Under the pieces are notes generated by a model. The model did not search any database and had not been told where the DNA came from. It worked only from the letters and a program-made list of their open reading frames with translations. Made by a program: the position numbers and the translations under genes. A stretch of 64,000 nt of DNA, from the NCBI GenBank assembly GCA_000002445.1, contig AE017150.2:192001-256000 (forward strand). Direction: 5' to 3'. Of this stretch, positions 1 to 12,560 are shown one piece after another (the stretch's first letter is position 1; every line of letters begins with the position of its first letter). The stretch comes from Trypanosoma brucei. Lineage: Eukaryota.

Positions 1-860
1 TTTTCCCAGTGGTGAAAATGGGCCTCATCCGGAGAAGTGAGGACAGTTACACCCCAACCCAAATGGCGCAGCCCATCAGGCGGTATAAGTAAGCCCTTAC
101 CGATGTCAACAATGATGTGACCTCTTTTTTTTCTTATTGTTTTTATGAAGGTAACGGCGGAATCGGTGCTGCTGTATTCCTCAACCCTCCCCTCTTCTCC
201 GGGTTTCTTGTTATATATTAAATAGGCGATTTATCCCACGAAATATGCAACAACATCAAACATTCCTTCATTGAAGTGAAGCAGTGAATGAAGCAAAAAT
301 GATCCAAGGCCACATGATTTACCAATACCAGGTGTACCAATAACAATATGTATCGGTGGTCTCTGTGCTTTTTCCACCCACCTTCCTTGCAGCCCTCGTT
401 GAATTATATACCACACGCGCATAATTTCACGACGGCTGTATACATGTTTAAATACTGCTTTGCGCCCCGTAGTGTAGTCCAATGCAAACCTGTTGTATGG
501 CCAACCTTTCTCCGAAGTGAGAACAAAAATCTCCAAACCATCGGGTCTCTCCGGCACTCGTGCATCAACATTCGCAGGTTCAGGAGTTATATCAACCTCC
601 TCCTCCGTCCATATGCGCTGCGGTTTTCCATTAAACACTTTCATTCCAAGTGGCTCTTCATCATAACCCGACATCACATAGCTCCATTTTGCATTGTATA
701 TGGAATCGTATAATTTCTCTTCGAGAGACTTGCCCTCTCCGGTTTCTGATGGGTTCTCGTTTTGTCGGCCGGCTTGTCTCTTCATCGGGCGGTACGCACC
801 ATTCAACCATCCATTTAAAATATTCCGAGTATCTCCCACACAACCACCATTCTGATTCAT
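1..860 (-). pseudogene. RHS: RHS (retrotransposon hot spot) protein gene. The 5' part is present and the 3' end runs off the left edge. There is an in-frame TAA and later frameshifts downstream of the P-loop.
   Basis: The 209-aa ORF 231..860 (minus) carries the MNQNGG N-terminal module, the YNAKWSY motif and the GTPGIGKS P-loop. Nt 1-230 continue RHS homology (IAYLIYNKKPGEEGRVEEY) after a stop at VG*. The ORF is near-identical to the N-terminus of the 675-aa copy at 13540..15567 for about 60 aa, after which the body resembles the 841-aa copy. Confidence 0.8.
287..298 (-). other. Unoccupied ingi/RIME hot-spot target site (AATGAAGCAAAA) inside RHS
   Basis: Identical to the 12-bp target-site duplication flanking the RIME at 5061..5590. 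It codes LLHSL just after the P-loop. Confidence 0.7.
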
Positions 861-3800
861 TTCACTGTCCGAATAATAATCTTAATTGAGTGTGTTGTGT
901 TATTTCCTTTCTTTGTAATATTAATTTTAAAAAAGAATTAAGATGAGAGAATTTAAAATAGATACGCTTCTAAACCAAAGCAAATATACAATCAATGAAT
1001 ATCAGGAATTAATATGGAAGATGAAAACTATTTATTGAAATTAGAATTCAATACAAATCATATCATATGTTTAGAACTCACAGCAACTTAAGCACAAATG
1101 AGGTATGACAGTATGAATAAACATTTCTGTTTGGAGGAAAGCTCAAATAACAATTTCCAGTTACTGCACACAATCATTCCAGAAAAAATACTCACATATA
1201 TACGTATTGAAAACCCAAAAAAAATAAATTACTTCAACATTTCCATGAAAAACAGCATATAATAGTTTTAGCGATAAGCTATGTAAAATGTATAATACTT
1301 GGTTAAAGTTACTCATGTGCATGATGAAGGCGCTTCACATTAAAAAATAATACAAGCAACGATCAGAATTTGCGTATAATCTCACACGAACCGTCACTCG
1401 GAATGGCATTTTGTCATAACTTCCTAATGTGGAAAAACTATTTTAATGCCAACTCTCACACTCCGAATCAGTACACAGTGTGCAAATGAGAGTACGAGAT
1501 ATCAAAACATATACAATAATAGTCGCCGTAAAAAGTAAAACAAATAAAAATAAAATCTTATACATCAAAGAGGAAACTCTCACCTGACGAACAAATGCTG
1601 CTCACTTTCTTTAAGTGATCCTGTTTTTTTTTCTTCTTCTTGCAACCATGGAGCCATGAATCTAAGAAATATATATGAAGGCATGAAAGATATTTGTTTT
1701 TGTTTTTGGTATTGGAGCACCTTGCCATGCGTCTGCTTTTGCACCTTGATGAAACTCAAAAGAAACGAAAGGATTACGGAAGGGAACAAATATATTTGTG
1801 GGAATAATGATCCAATATTAGGCCTCTTTTGAGGAGTGTGCTGAGTGGAATAATGGTGAAAAAGAAGTATTGAAAATGTATGCCACATGGGCAAATGCTT
1901 TACAATGTTTTCTCTCTATCTGAAAAATATGGAATATATGGAATATATAAGGAACCAGAAACATAGGGAATATATGGAATATGTAAGGAAATATATCAAA
2001 TATAAGAAAATATATGATATATTCTGAAGTGCCGGATGTGTTTGTGCGTGTCTTCGTATGTGTTCTCTGCTTTATATATCACTAAATATTTTACACAATT
2101 CCTTTTACTTTGCGTATGCTAATCGCTTGTTTCTCCCTATATAAATTAGTGGAAATATCCATTAGAGAAATAATAATTTACTTTTTTTCTTTTCCCTTCT
2201 CTTCCATTCCAGCTAATGTTTCACCCGCCTATTTTCATTCCTTATAAATATTGTAAATTTCATTTTGTTACTGTAACTATTTCCAAAAAGAAAAGTGTAA
2301 GTAAGACAGTTTAAGCATTACATATCATAATATTTCTAAACTCCTCTTTTGTCATGTTAAGCTACTAATATTTTTTTCCCATTCATTTTATTCAGCAATA
2401 CATACAAAACCCCTTCAAAAGTCCTTCCTTGTTTTTTTCTTCAACATCATAATATATCTTGTGGAATATACAAATATATAATAACCATAAATGTGTTATA
2501 TATCATCACAACATCAGAAGCTATACAACAGAATTATGTTCTTCAAGAAGCGGTGTTTGTGTTTCCTTTTATTTTATCTCAGAGTCAAACTAATTAATTT
2601 AATAATTAATTACTAATAACATCCTCCAAAGATATTGCTTCTATTTTCTTGGATTACTCAGTAGCGTAACACCGGAGTCTTGCAATAAAGAGTCACAGTT
2701 CAAAGAATACAAAACAGTAAAAAAAATAAACAGAGACTCGCACCTTCACATTTGGTTGCATTTGGATACATCAAACATATTTATACACTTGCATTCCTAG
2801 TTTCTTTTTTGGGGGTGGGAGGAGTAAATGCAAAATGTATCAAGTTGACGAGTAGCAGAAATACAACACATGATATAATTTCACTTACATATAAGCTTTC
2901 TTTTCCCACTTTATTTCAATTCATAATATTTTGATAGCAATGTAATGCAGCATTCAGCTATAAACATTTTAACCATAAATATAGTAACTAATTTGTGAAT
3001 GGTAACCCATGGTGATACATTCCATATGGAACAATACCACATTGTTAAATATACGCATGGAATTAAAACTATAGCACTAAATTGAAAATGAAAAATTAGA
3101 AGAGAAAAAGATATGAATTATCAAAAGAAGCATATTCTTCACTAACATGCACTTGTTTCAATACAATCATAATTTGAAATTACTTTAAATGATAAGTGAC
3201 TTAATATCCTGAAATGACACAATAACAATGATTTCATTATAGCATCTGTAAAATAATGATATGCAATAAAATAAATAATAAAAATAAATTAAAATACAGC
3301 AAGCAGTGCAGTATATATTCTACTGCTATATATAAACATTTGCCAACAGATGAATAGCTTTGCTCATTGGAATAAAATAATTAAATTCAAACTTCCTATG
3401 ATTCTGCCAGTGTTAGTCGGCTACATGTGGGACTCAAAAAAAAAAACGAAAGTTTATTTTAAATAAACATGAAGAAAAGAAAAACTTCGCATGAAACCAT
3501 AAGGGTACCCCTGTGAGTTATTCGCTACTGTCAAACATAGTTAACTTCACAACCCTCAAGAAAGAAAGAATTAAATAATAAAAGTAAAAGTAAAATTTCA
3601 AGTTAAAAAAATAAAAATAAAAATTAAGGAAATATAACATAATTATGCTTAACTAACTGTAACGTGAGGAATGTAAAAATAACAAAATGTTACTCACAAT
3701 TTAATGTTATCAATGTTTTCCTTCACAAACGAAAACTGTCACATCTCAATGTGTTCTTTCAAATTAATGTAACGGAACCAGATATGTTTGTATAATATTC

Positions 3801-4317
3801 TACAATGTCATTTGGCATTGTCTGATGCTCACTCAAAAAAAAACTTATTCGTTTTGTTGCGATGTAGCTGTTGACAGTGTTGTGCTCTTTTTCTTTTATT
3901 TTATTTTTTTTTAACATACCGCTGCGCACTTCCGTAATCCCCTCAATATTCCTGCAGTTCCCATCATAAAAGAAACAAAAGAAATCCATCAAAATAAAGT
4001 AACTGGAGTCTAAGATATTGTAGAGCACAATGTATTTATTTTGAGTAATGGAATCCTGTGACATCAGAGACAGTCATCTGCAATGAATAAACTGAAACAT
4101 TCATTGACTCATGCCACTAAATTAATAATTAAATTGTTAAACACATATTCCCATCGTGCGGTAAGTAATTCAAACAATTCCGTGACCACATGAAATACTC
4201 GAAGAAAAAGGAAACGTATACAATGCATAAGCCATTAGTAAAGTATAAATACAGTTTTTGGTATCGAATACATCATATGTTACAAAGCCGCATGTCACTA
4301 ACACACAAGAGCACAAT
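861..4317. repeat. Intergenic repeat block U1, copy A (about 3.4 kb, AT-rich). It lies upstream of MNQ-type RHS genes and downstream of the 579-aa-type RHS.
   Basis: Collinear and near-identical to 15568..18946. The first ~400 bp are also present at 20687..21125. The block contains a degenerate (atatggaatat)n tract. Confidence 0.85.
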
Positions 4318-5048
4318 TTAACTCATCATCATATTTCGAATCATCAGTGATAGAGCTTGGCAACCGTACGATTCGATAACTCCAACATTTGCCTTCACTC
4401 TTACAACCTTTACCAACTTGTCCGTAACTTCATTGTTCTTCCAGGCAGCCGTATGCTCAATAATATCATTATAGGAATATTCATCCGACTTCTTCATAGT
4501 TTCCAACGCATCATGCACACTTTTCAGACGCCATTCATAACAGCTTAAACCAAATATATATAACGAGGCAGAGGTCCAATTGAATTCATACGTCCCTCCA
4601 CTATTCTTTCCACTCATCTTCCATTTCCTTTCTCAATTCGTGCCTTCTTCTGTTGGATACCTTTTCCCTTGCATGTATTGACAGCTTTTTCCATGCCACA
4701 AATGCCTTCATGTCACGCACATCATCACAGTTTATAATAATTTGGCGGCCTCCCGTATTTGTAGTCCAGTTACCAAAACGGACACTTATGGGGAAATCGA
4801 GAAACGTTACACTCCAAACATCAGAGGGAAGTTGAGTGTAAAGCTGCTGCGTTTCGTACCTTGTGTCCATAATGATGTGTCCTCTGTTTTCAAATTTTAT
4901 TTTATTTATGGCGTTGACCGCAGCTCTCGAATATTGGTACTGCACAACCCTCCCTCTTTCATCACCCTTTCTGTTATATATTAAGTAGGCGATCGTGTCT
5001 GTGAAATACGCAACAACATCAAACATTCCTTCATGGAAGTGAAGCAGT

Positions 5049-5060
5049 GAATGAAGCAAA
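5049..5060. repeat. Target-site duplication (AATGAAGCAAAA), 3' side of the RIME
   Basis: Exact 12-bp copy of 5591..5602, directly abutting the poly(A) tail. Confidence 0.8.
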
Positions 5061-5280
5061 ATTTTTTTTAGAATTTTCTTCGTGCCTTCGTGAGAGTTTC
5101 CCCCCACTGGCGCGGCCATCAGCCATCACCGTAGAGCCCTGAGATGCTATCGGTCTGGCGACTGTGGCAGAGTCTCCCTTTTTTATTCATCCTAACACAC
5201 CCTCTACAATTTTTGTTGTATTTCCGCATATGAACGGAATACAGCAGATGGGGCGAGAAGCCTCCCACCCCGGACTCTCC

Positions 5281-5298
5281 AAAGGATGCCAATTAGCA

Positions 5299-5335
<37 letters not shown>
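5281..5335 (-). repeat. Homopolymer (A)55 on the minus strand ((T)55 on plus), internal to the RIME at the junction of its two halves
   Basis: Direct read. The equivalent position in the second RIME (11036..11508) carries only A7. Confidence 0.9.
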
Positions 5336-5336
<1 letters not shown>

Positions 5337-5511
5337 CGGAGTTCCACATCACCGGACAGCAGCATCTTAGTGCGGATGATACTGCTGATGGCACGCTGGC
5401 ACGTGCCCAGGGACCGACAAATGAAAAACGGTGTCCCAGCAAGACGCTGCTGATCCCTGTGCTGTATGATGCCGTAGCCGGAGCACAGCAGTGTTCCCCA
5501 TGAAAGGAACG

Positions 5512-5590
5512 CTGCTGGCTCTTGGCTTCCCCCGATGATACGGGGTACTGGACCCTGGCACCACGTTGAGGTGGCCGGCATCGCCAGGGA
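5512..5590 (-). promoter_or_regulatory. Pr77-like conserved 5' hallmark of ingi/RIME, reported to act as an internal promoter
   Basis: First ~79 nt of the element, matching the conserved 5' end shared by ingi, RIME and L1Tc. Function is inferred from the literature only. Confidence 0.45.
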
Positions 5591-5602
5591 ATGAAGCAAA
5601 AA
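5591..5602. repeat. Target-site duplication (AATGAAGCAAAA), 5' side of the RIME
   Basis: Exact 12-bp copy of 5049..5060. A 12-bp TSD is the known ingi/RIME signature. Confidence 0.8.
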
Positions 5603-6616
5603 TGATCCAACACCGTATGATTTACCAATACCAGGTGTACCAATAACAATATGTATCGGTGAATCCACCACTGCGTCATTCAGCCACCATGTTTTCAGAT
5701 CCTTTTGGATTTTATACCACACGCGCATAATTTCACGACGGATATATACATGCTGAAATGCTGCTTTGTGCCCCGTAGTGTAATCCAATGCAAACCTGTT
5801 GTATGGCCAACCTTCCTCCGAAGTGAGAACAAAAATCTCCAAACCATTGGGTCTCTCCTCAATCTCTGCATCAACATTCGCAGGAAGAGGAGTTACATCC
5901 ACCTCCGCTTCGGTCCATATGCGCCGTGGCCTTCCATTGAATACTTTCATTCCAAGTGGCTCTGTATGATAACCCGACATCACATAACTCCATTTCGCAT
6001 TATATATGGATTCATACACTCCTCTCAGTTCGACAGCACCACCAGCTGTTTGGGCAGCTCGTTCCCCCACTTCTTTGGCAATGCGCAGTGCCCTGTCCAA
6101 CTTTGTCGCTGCCACGGGACCAACAAATTCCCTTATTTCCCCTCTTCCCTTCTCCTCCCACTGACTGAGGGTGCTAATCCCATTACGAGGCAGATAAATA
6201 ACTGCCCTCAGTAATTGAAACTCATCAAGCCCCCGTATAATTCCTTGAAGCCTTGCATCCAAAATATAATCCTCCGGGCTCTGAACAAAAATGGGCATCC
6301 TAACATTTTCTGCTTCAGCCACCGCAAAAGTCCCGCCAACGAACTTCTGAATAAAGTCGTTCACTGTCATTTTACGCAAACCCGCATAATCTTCCAGCAG
6401 CACATCCCTCACCTTACTATCCATTGTCCAGTTGGGCCCCCCCTCATTTCTCTGCCGTATCTGTGGAGGCTGAGCAGCAGCAGCAGCAGCAGCAGCAGGA
6501 GGAGCAGGCGGTACATTTTCATCCCGTGGCCTCCTCATGGGCCCTTCAATATTACCTGCCACTTGTTGGTTTGCATTATTTCCTTGTGGAGCTGCGGGAC
6601 TATTTGCTCTTGACAT

Positions 6617-8805
6617 AACTCTCTTAATATTATTAACTTAACTTCCTTTCCTTTCCTTTTTTCTCTGAAATTATAAATAACTGAAGTAAAATAATATATA
6701 AGGAAACAATAGTGTGTGAACAGTGTAACATAATATCAAATGTAATAAAGCGCGTTAATGTTTATTCACTATAGTTTGTATAATATGATATCATAATGTA
6801 TTTGGTATTGAGGGGAACAATTTCAAAATATAGCAGCTGTAAATAAATATTTCCCTTGCTTCATTATCATGTGCTAAATATAATTAACTTCCTGTATCAT
6901 TTCTTTCTAAACCATATATAATATGGAAACAAAAAATATTACTGCCTCATATACCTGCGTAAACACTTCGTATATATAATCAATATTTAAAGAGAGTCAA
7001 ATTCTATCAATTAAAATCAAGTAAAACAATAAACAATAAAATTTATGGATATTAATGAAACGAAGAAATAGAGTATCGGCACAACACATAGGGATATACA
7101 CACACATGAATACGCACTACACAACTGTTCCACTGGAGTTTCCTCACTTCTGTCAATACGTAACATTCACTTGCATTGAATAAACTCATTGAAAATATAA
7201 ATCACTTATCCCCTCCCCCGTGTATTCACTTACTTCCAAAGGAGAATATTAAATAATGTCTGTAGGACAGGTAAAAAAGAAACTGATACTCTATTTTGCA
7301 TCAGATAACCAAAAGGTATTTCCGTTTACTTTGATTATAAACAAAAACATCATTTCACCTTCAGTTAAAATAAAATTGAATTACTTGTCTACTCACTGTT
7401 CACAACTGTCATCAGCTAATTCATCCCCACATATTCACATGAATCTTATGTGCCATCGTTGTTGAATCCATTCACACATCTTCCATGATGGTGATTGCAC
7501 AACATACTGTAAATAATTGGAATGAAATTAATACAATTAATTGAGGAAACCGTAAAAGATTATCATAACATATCTTTTATTTTCCCTCCTTTCATTTACA
7601 CAAATTAAATATGTAATGAGACAATTCCCTTTCAGTACGTGTTCACACCTATTGTATCATCATTGTAAGTTTCCTATTGCTCATATACACGAAGCTACTG
7701 GAATAATAAAACAACACATTGAAACACCTTGAAAAAATATATAATAAATGTAAAAGAGGATGTATGAACTGACAGATAATAAAATGAAACACGTCTCGCA
7801 CTTTCCTTATAAATATTCAATAGTTGGTATGTTACAAATAAAAACAATTACACATTATAGAAAGGAAAGGATATAATTACATTATACACCTGTATGTGGA
7901 TATGTAACAGCGAATCATAGTAGAAATAAATTGTCTAAACACAATAGTTATGGAAGATAAAATAATTCAAAACATCAATAATATTATTCTATCAACATTC
8001 CCTTCCTTCTCCATTAAGTTTCCAAATGGTTTCAAATAATAATTCACATAATTCCATACATATGTTATGATGGGTATTGCATGCAGTACAACTTAAAGGA
8101 AGTGTAACTCATATAACATTTTCAAAAATAGGTGTTGAATGGTTGTTTGCTACCATCAATTACATTTCCAATGTCTGATTACACTTTTATATGCATGAAG
8201 GAAGTTACTGATGATAACTTTGACATGCTCGAGAATCCATAACACAAAGCGACTGCTGCATGCAATAAAAAATAAAAATATAAATAACATCCGAATTCAT
8301 TTACTGACAGATGAGTGCAAGTCATTCACCCAAACTTCATAGCTGCAGAAATAAACTCGCTGCTGCCAATAGGAAATGATCCCGCATAAATATTGAGTAT
8401 CTGAAAATGATAGCAACGGGTTTCCATTTTTGAAATATATGCATAAACTACATGAGGTATATGAAGCCATATTGGTAAAGTGTCACTACGCATGTTGCAA
8501 TTTACTATCAGAAGTGTCTGCCTTATTTTATTTCTTGTGTTAATGTAACTCATGAGTATCATTCATTATTCTTTACAATACAACTGTAAGTCATTTTGCA
8601 TTTTTACATATTTTCTTATTCCCTCATACTGGAAGTGTTCCACATATGAGATTCCTCAATATCGTTCACACAATAAAAATAATTTCATTTCCTTCTGCAT
8701 TCAGTTTCTTGTGCAGCAGTGTGTGCACTAATCATTCATAAAGTTTTTAATTTGCCAAATACATCATTACGAAACTATTTTCCACAAATAAACAAACAAA
8801 CAAAC
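6617..8805. repeat. Intergenic repeat block U2, copy A, upstream of MSRANSP-type RHS genes
   Basis: Collinear with 30485..32690, and in part with 21190..21990. It diverges from the other copies at ~8806. Confidence 0.8.
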
Positions 8806-9605
8806 ATTTTTAAATGTTGCTGTGAAACGGAAATTGAATCACGGAAAATTGTGGGGCGCACACGTAATGGGCACCATGAATGCCTCTTTGGATATTCCTC
8901 TATGGCTTTTCACCAGCATCATCAACTTACTTTTTGTGTAAAAAAAAACAAAAAAGAAATAAAGGTACAAATGCATTAATAAACCCAACTCCTCAGCAGG
9001 AAATCAAGAACAGGAAGCCACGAAAAGCGTATGGCACATATGATTTTCACCTCTCAGTTACTTGAGGTGGATCGCATGATTTACCCACCTCCTAAGAACA
9101 CACCCTCCGAGAGGCCCGATTAAAAGAAAAAAAAACGCTATGACGGTTGAAAAGACGTTTTTCATAAACCTTCACTTTATACGTGAGGATGCATAAATAA
9201 ACAATGATAACGATGAGAATGCTAACGGAAACAATGACGAACCGTGAGGATCCTAGAAAATAAAATAAAATAAAATCATCACGTACCTTCACAGTAGGGA
9301 AACTTAATAAATAACAAAATATAAATATTCCCTACACAGAGGTATAGGGAGTGTTCGTCAACTTCGTAATGCTAATCAAAAAGCCTTCAAATGTATCGAT
9401 CATTCGTGTAGTCAATCAAATAAGAAGTAATATGTACTACACGCACAAAAGCACACTTATAAAGCCTACAAACCCACTTGCCCCCTTTTAGAGAATACCA
9501 CTCTCTAGTCAGTGATAGGAGAGGTGATATTAAAAGTTTTCCCTTTATAATTATTTCTGACTCCTCAATTCGTTGCAACATAACATAACATGCAAAGATG
9601 TTGCA

Positions 9606-11035
9606 TCAGTCAGCGGGGCCACCAGCAATAGCGTTTGGTTCATCCTGGGTGATCTCCTTAACAATATTCCCTTCCATCTTCACTTGAAACTGGTTGATTT
9701 TATTCCACAACTCTGTAGTATAATCGCCTCTGCCCCCAACTGGTTCGCACTTCTGCCTCACATCGATTGGCTTGCTGTCACTGTACTGTATGTAAATTAG
9801 CTCCCATTTCAAGTTTCTTGCGAGCTTATCCCATTCACGAAACAATTGTTTCATTGCCTTGATAAACTTATCTACCTTCGTTCGTGTCGTGTGATGCGTT
9901 GGTGCCACTGTCGGCTGGAGCAGAACAATTGTTGTTGCGGTGATCGCTCTTCCTTCTCTATCAACAGCTGGCTCAGTTACAAAGAAAAAGGCGTTCACAA
10001 CGGGGAAATTTCCCTGTACAGGTCGGTAAAGGCACCCAACCTCAATGTCTTGGCCTGTCGTTTCGGGGTTAAACTGACGAAGTGAAGTTGGAACACGTCC
10101 CACGGCATTACCACTTGCCAGAGCGGATACATTTGAATCCATTTCTTCTCCAACGCGAGGGAGATACCGCAGGTGCGTCACAATCGTCTGCACAACATTT
10201 CCCATCGTGAAGGCATATATGCCCACATTTTCAAATTCATCATTGGCCTGCTCTTCTTTCCCACGAAAAACCTTCCGAAGGTAATTGTCTCGCATACATG
10301 CTGTGTCCGCCCACACTCTCAATTTCTGCTCAATATAAACGGAAACAGCTCTGTTTCTGCATTCTTCTCATTCTCAGTTACAACCCGGACCAACTTAGCC
10401 AACCTGTATGTAGTCCCGTCCTCGCGCCATTCAACTCGACCATTCAGCACCTTCATGTAGTGTTCAGCATCGCCTCTACTGATTTCCTCCAGTGCCCCAT
10501 TTATTTCTCTAACATGGTCACAATAGGGTTTGTCACCTTCCAGTACGTGGCGGGGCAGTGGGCCCACCTTCTTAATCCATCCTAATATTTTCCCCCATTC
10601 GTTCTCAAGGTTTATGATGTGAGTTTCGGTGATTTTACTTGCCTCCAACTTTGACAGCCGCCTCCACGAAACCGCAGCCTTCAGTTCCACCTTTTCATAG
10701 CAATTGATGCAAAGGAACTCGTAACCCCGTGGTTCCTTCCACTCTCTGTAGTTATTTGGATCTGGAGATGTCAACACAATTACGGGCCACGCTCCCGGCA
10801 ATTTTGTCGGTATGGGTTCATCTCTCTCTTTCGAAAAGTCGTATATAATGTAACCAAGAAGCTTTTCATCAACGAAGGCCTTCACAGCATCCAATCCATC
10901 TACTTCCTCTTCATAGAATACAACCCTTCCCGGATGATCGTTTGTCGCCCTGAAGAAAATATATGCCTCGCCCTTCACAAAATAAGCGATATTCCGCAAC
11001 AGCTCCTAATCGTAATGCAGCAACCCTTGGAGCAG
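9606..11035 (-). pseudogene. RHS: RHS 3' two-thirds (hot spot to C-terminal domain) with a frameshift near 10320. It is 5'-truncated by a RIME.
   Basis: ORFs 10319..10999 and 9606..10322 (minus) align to the 675-aa RHS from LLHYD.ELPVVAYF through the C-terminal NFPVVNAFFFV and WELIYIQ motifs. The RIME 3' end abuts the FLLQGLLHYD codons. Confidence 0.8.
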
Positions 11036-11508
11036 AAATTTTCTTCGTGCCTTCGTGAGAGTTTCTCCCCACTGGCGCGGCCATCAGCCATTACCGCAGA
11101 GCCCTTAGATGCTATCGGTCTGGCGACTGTGACAGAGTCTCCCTTTTTTATTCATCCTAACACACCCTCTATAATTTTTGTTGTAGCTCCGCAGTTGAAC
11201 GGAATACAGCAGATGGGGCGAGAAGCCTCCCACCCTGGGCTCTCCCAAAGATGTCAATTAGAAATCCTTTTTTTGGAGTTCCACATCACCGGACAGCAGC
11301 ATCTTAGTGCGGATGATACTGCTGATGGCACGCTGGCACGTGCCCAGGGACCGACAAATGAAAAACGGTGTCCCAGCAAGACGCTGCTGATCCCTGTGCT
11401 GTATGATGCCGTAGCCGGAGCACAGCAGTGTTCCCCATGAAAGGAACGCTGCTGGCTCTTGGCTTCCCCTGATGATACGGGGTACTGGACCCTGGCACCA
11501 CGTTAAGG
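11036..11508 (-). mobile_element. RIME, second copy. It is 5'-truncated by ~22 bp, has no 3' poly(A), and carries an A7 at the half-junction.
   Basis: Near-identical to the 5061..5590 element except at its ends and the internal A tract. It ends ...GAAGAAAATT directly against RHS sequence. Confidence 0.8.
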
Positions 11509-12560
11509 CAGATTCATTCTTAGTGTAAGCTAAATACTCGCTGGCCGCGGGGATCGATTCCGGTACTATCTGCGACGACCAATCTACTTAACCACTAAAC
11601 CAGCGTAAGCCGAATATAATAGCCAGCACCAACTGATTTCCCAATACCTGCACTGCCGACGAGGACGCAAGGAATCTGTTTTTCGATCAGCCCTGACTCC
11701 AGCCACAAATCCAGCCTGTGCTTCACAAGATACCACACTCTCATTACCTCTCGACGAATGTACACATCCCGGTCAAACACGTAGTCTCCTGGTTCCTCCG
11801 CATCCTCTTGAATTGCATGTTCCGGAATGCTGAAAGAGTTATATGGCCAACTCTTCTGCGAGGTGAGCACAGCAATCTCTAAATTACCGTGACGAGGCAG
11901 TGGGTCGCACAAGTCATAAGGCGTGTGACTGACATTCACCTCCTCTTCTGTCCACAACTCGGGCTCGCCGTCACTATTACCCACCACCTTCATGCCAAGA
12001 GGTAAATCATTGTGACCCGACTCTACATAACCCCACGTCGCATTATATATAGAATCATATACTCCTTCAAGGTTTACAGCACCAGCAGCTGTTTGGTCAG
12101 CTTGCTTTTCCTTGCTTCTTTGGAAATGCGCAGTGCACTGTCCAACTTCGCCGCTGCAGTGAGGCAACAAGTTCCCTTATTTGCGCTGTTGCCCTCTCTT
12201 CCCAGTGCTGCATGTCTTCAATTCTATTACTAGGAGGGTAAATAACTGCCCTCGGTAATTGAAACTCGTCAGTATCCTGTATATCCTCAAGAATCTCGGC
12301 ATCAACATTAATATATCTTCTGAGATTATTAACAAACACATCCATGGACACATTCTCTGTGTTATACGTGTTTGAGGAAAACTGATTCAAAAAGTCATGC
12401 AGTTTCATTTCACCCAAACTCGCATAATCTTCCAGCAGCACATTTTCAATAGAACTGTTAATTGATCAAGTTGGCCCTCTTCCTCCTCACGCAGTCTCTT
12501 CGAAAAATACAATGGCGCATGCAACCTATTACTATGGAAACGCCTTATTGAATTCCACAC
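11509..12560 (-). pseudogene. RHS: Degenerate RHS 5' part (divergent subfamily with GSAGIGKS P-loop), upstream of the second RIME
   Basis: ORFs 11595..12170 and 12097..12441 (minus) show LLEDYASL, DEFQLPRAVIYPP, LEGVYDSIYNATWGYV, the P-loop, and then a degenerate hot-spot region. There are stops, frameshifts and no clean start. Confidence 0.7.

Larger units (their letters stand above)
5061..5590 (-). mobile_element. RIME, a non-autonomous ingi derivative. It is full length with a 3' (A)10 tail and an internal (A)55 tract.
   Basis: On the minus strand it begins CCCTGGCGATGCCGGCCACCTCAACGTGGTGCCAGGGTCCAG... (the conserved ingi/RIME 5' end). The left ~255 bp are followed by A55, then ~210 bp ending ...GAAGAAAATTCT(A)10. 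It is flanked by a perfect 12-bp duplication. Confidence 0.85.
4318..6616 (-). pseudogene. RHS: RHS gene disrupted by a RIME insertion at the hot spot. The 5' part is 5591..6616 and the 3' part is 4318..5060.
   Basis: The 5' part starts MSRANSPAAPQ and reaches GTPGIGKSYGVGSFLLHSL, then reads into the RIME. The 3' part resumes at ILLHSLLHFHEGMFDVVAYF and ends MIRNMMMS*, identical to the end of the 579-aa copy at 18947..20686. Confidence 0.85.

Noticed and set aside
348-713. Plus-strand ORFs inside RHS genes (348..713, 5705..6214, 19736..20239, 29792..30139 and others) with near-identical translations (FIPHAHNFTT...QCKPVVWPTFLRSENKNLQTIGSL)
   Set aside because: They are antisense read-throughs of the minus-strand RHS coding sequence. 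They are conserved only because the RHS copies are near-identical and show no independent coding signature.
5367-5564. 65-aa minus-strand ORFs inside both RIMEs (5367..5564, 11304..11501), and the 72-aa ORF 57765..57983
   Set aside because: They lie within the RIME/ingi 5' UTR and half-junction. ingi ORF1 starts at MLLSSDVEENPGP downstream, so these are chance ORFs in a conserved element.
10997-10999. ORF-track start codons that are really TTG/alternative starts (for example at 10999)
   Set aside because: This is a prokaryote-style ORF-calling artefact. In this eukaryotic context only ATG starts were used for the gene calls.
11525-11590. tRNA-like fold (7-bp CGCTGGT/GCCAGCG acceptor-like stem, TAGTGGTTAAG D-arm-like motif)
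   Set aside because: No canonical D-stem or T-arm (GTTCGAATC) could be formed and the length is only ~68 nt. It is reported only as an unexplained insert.
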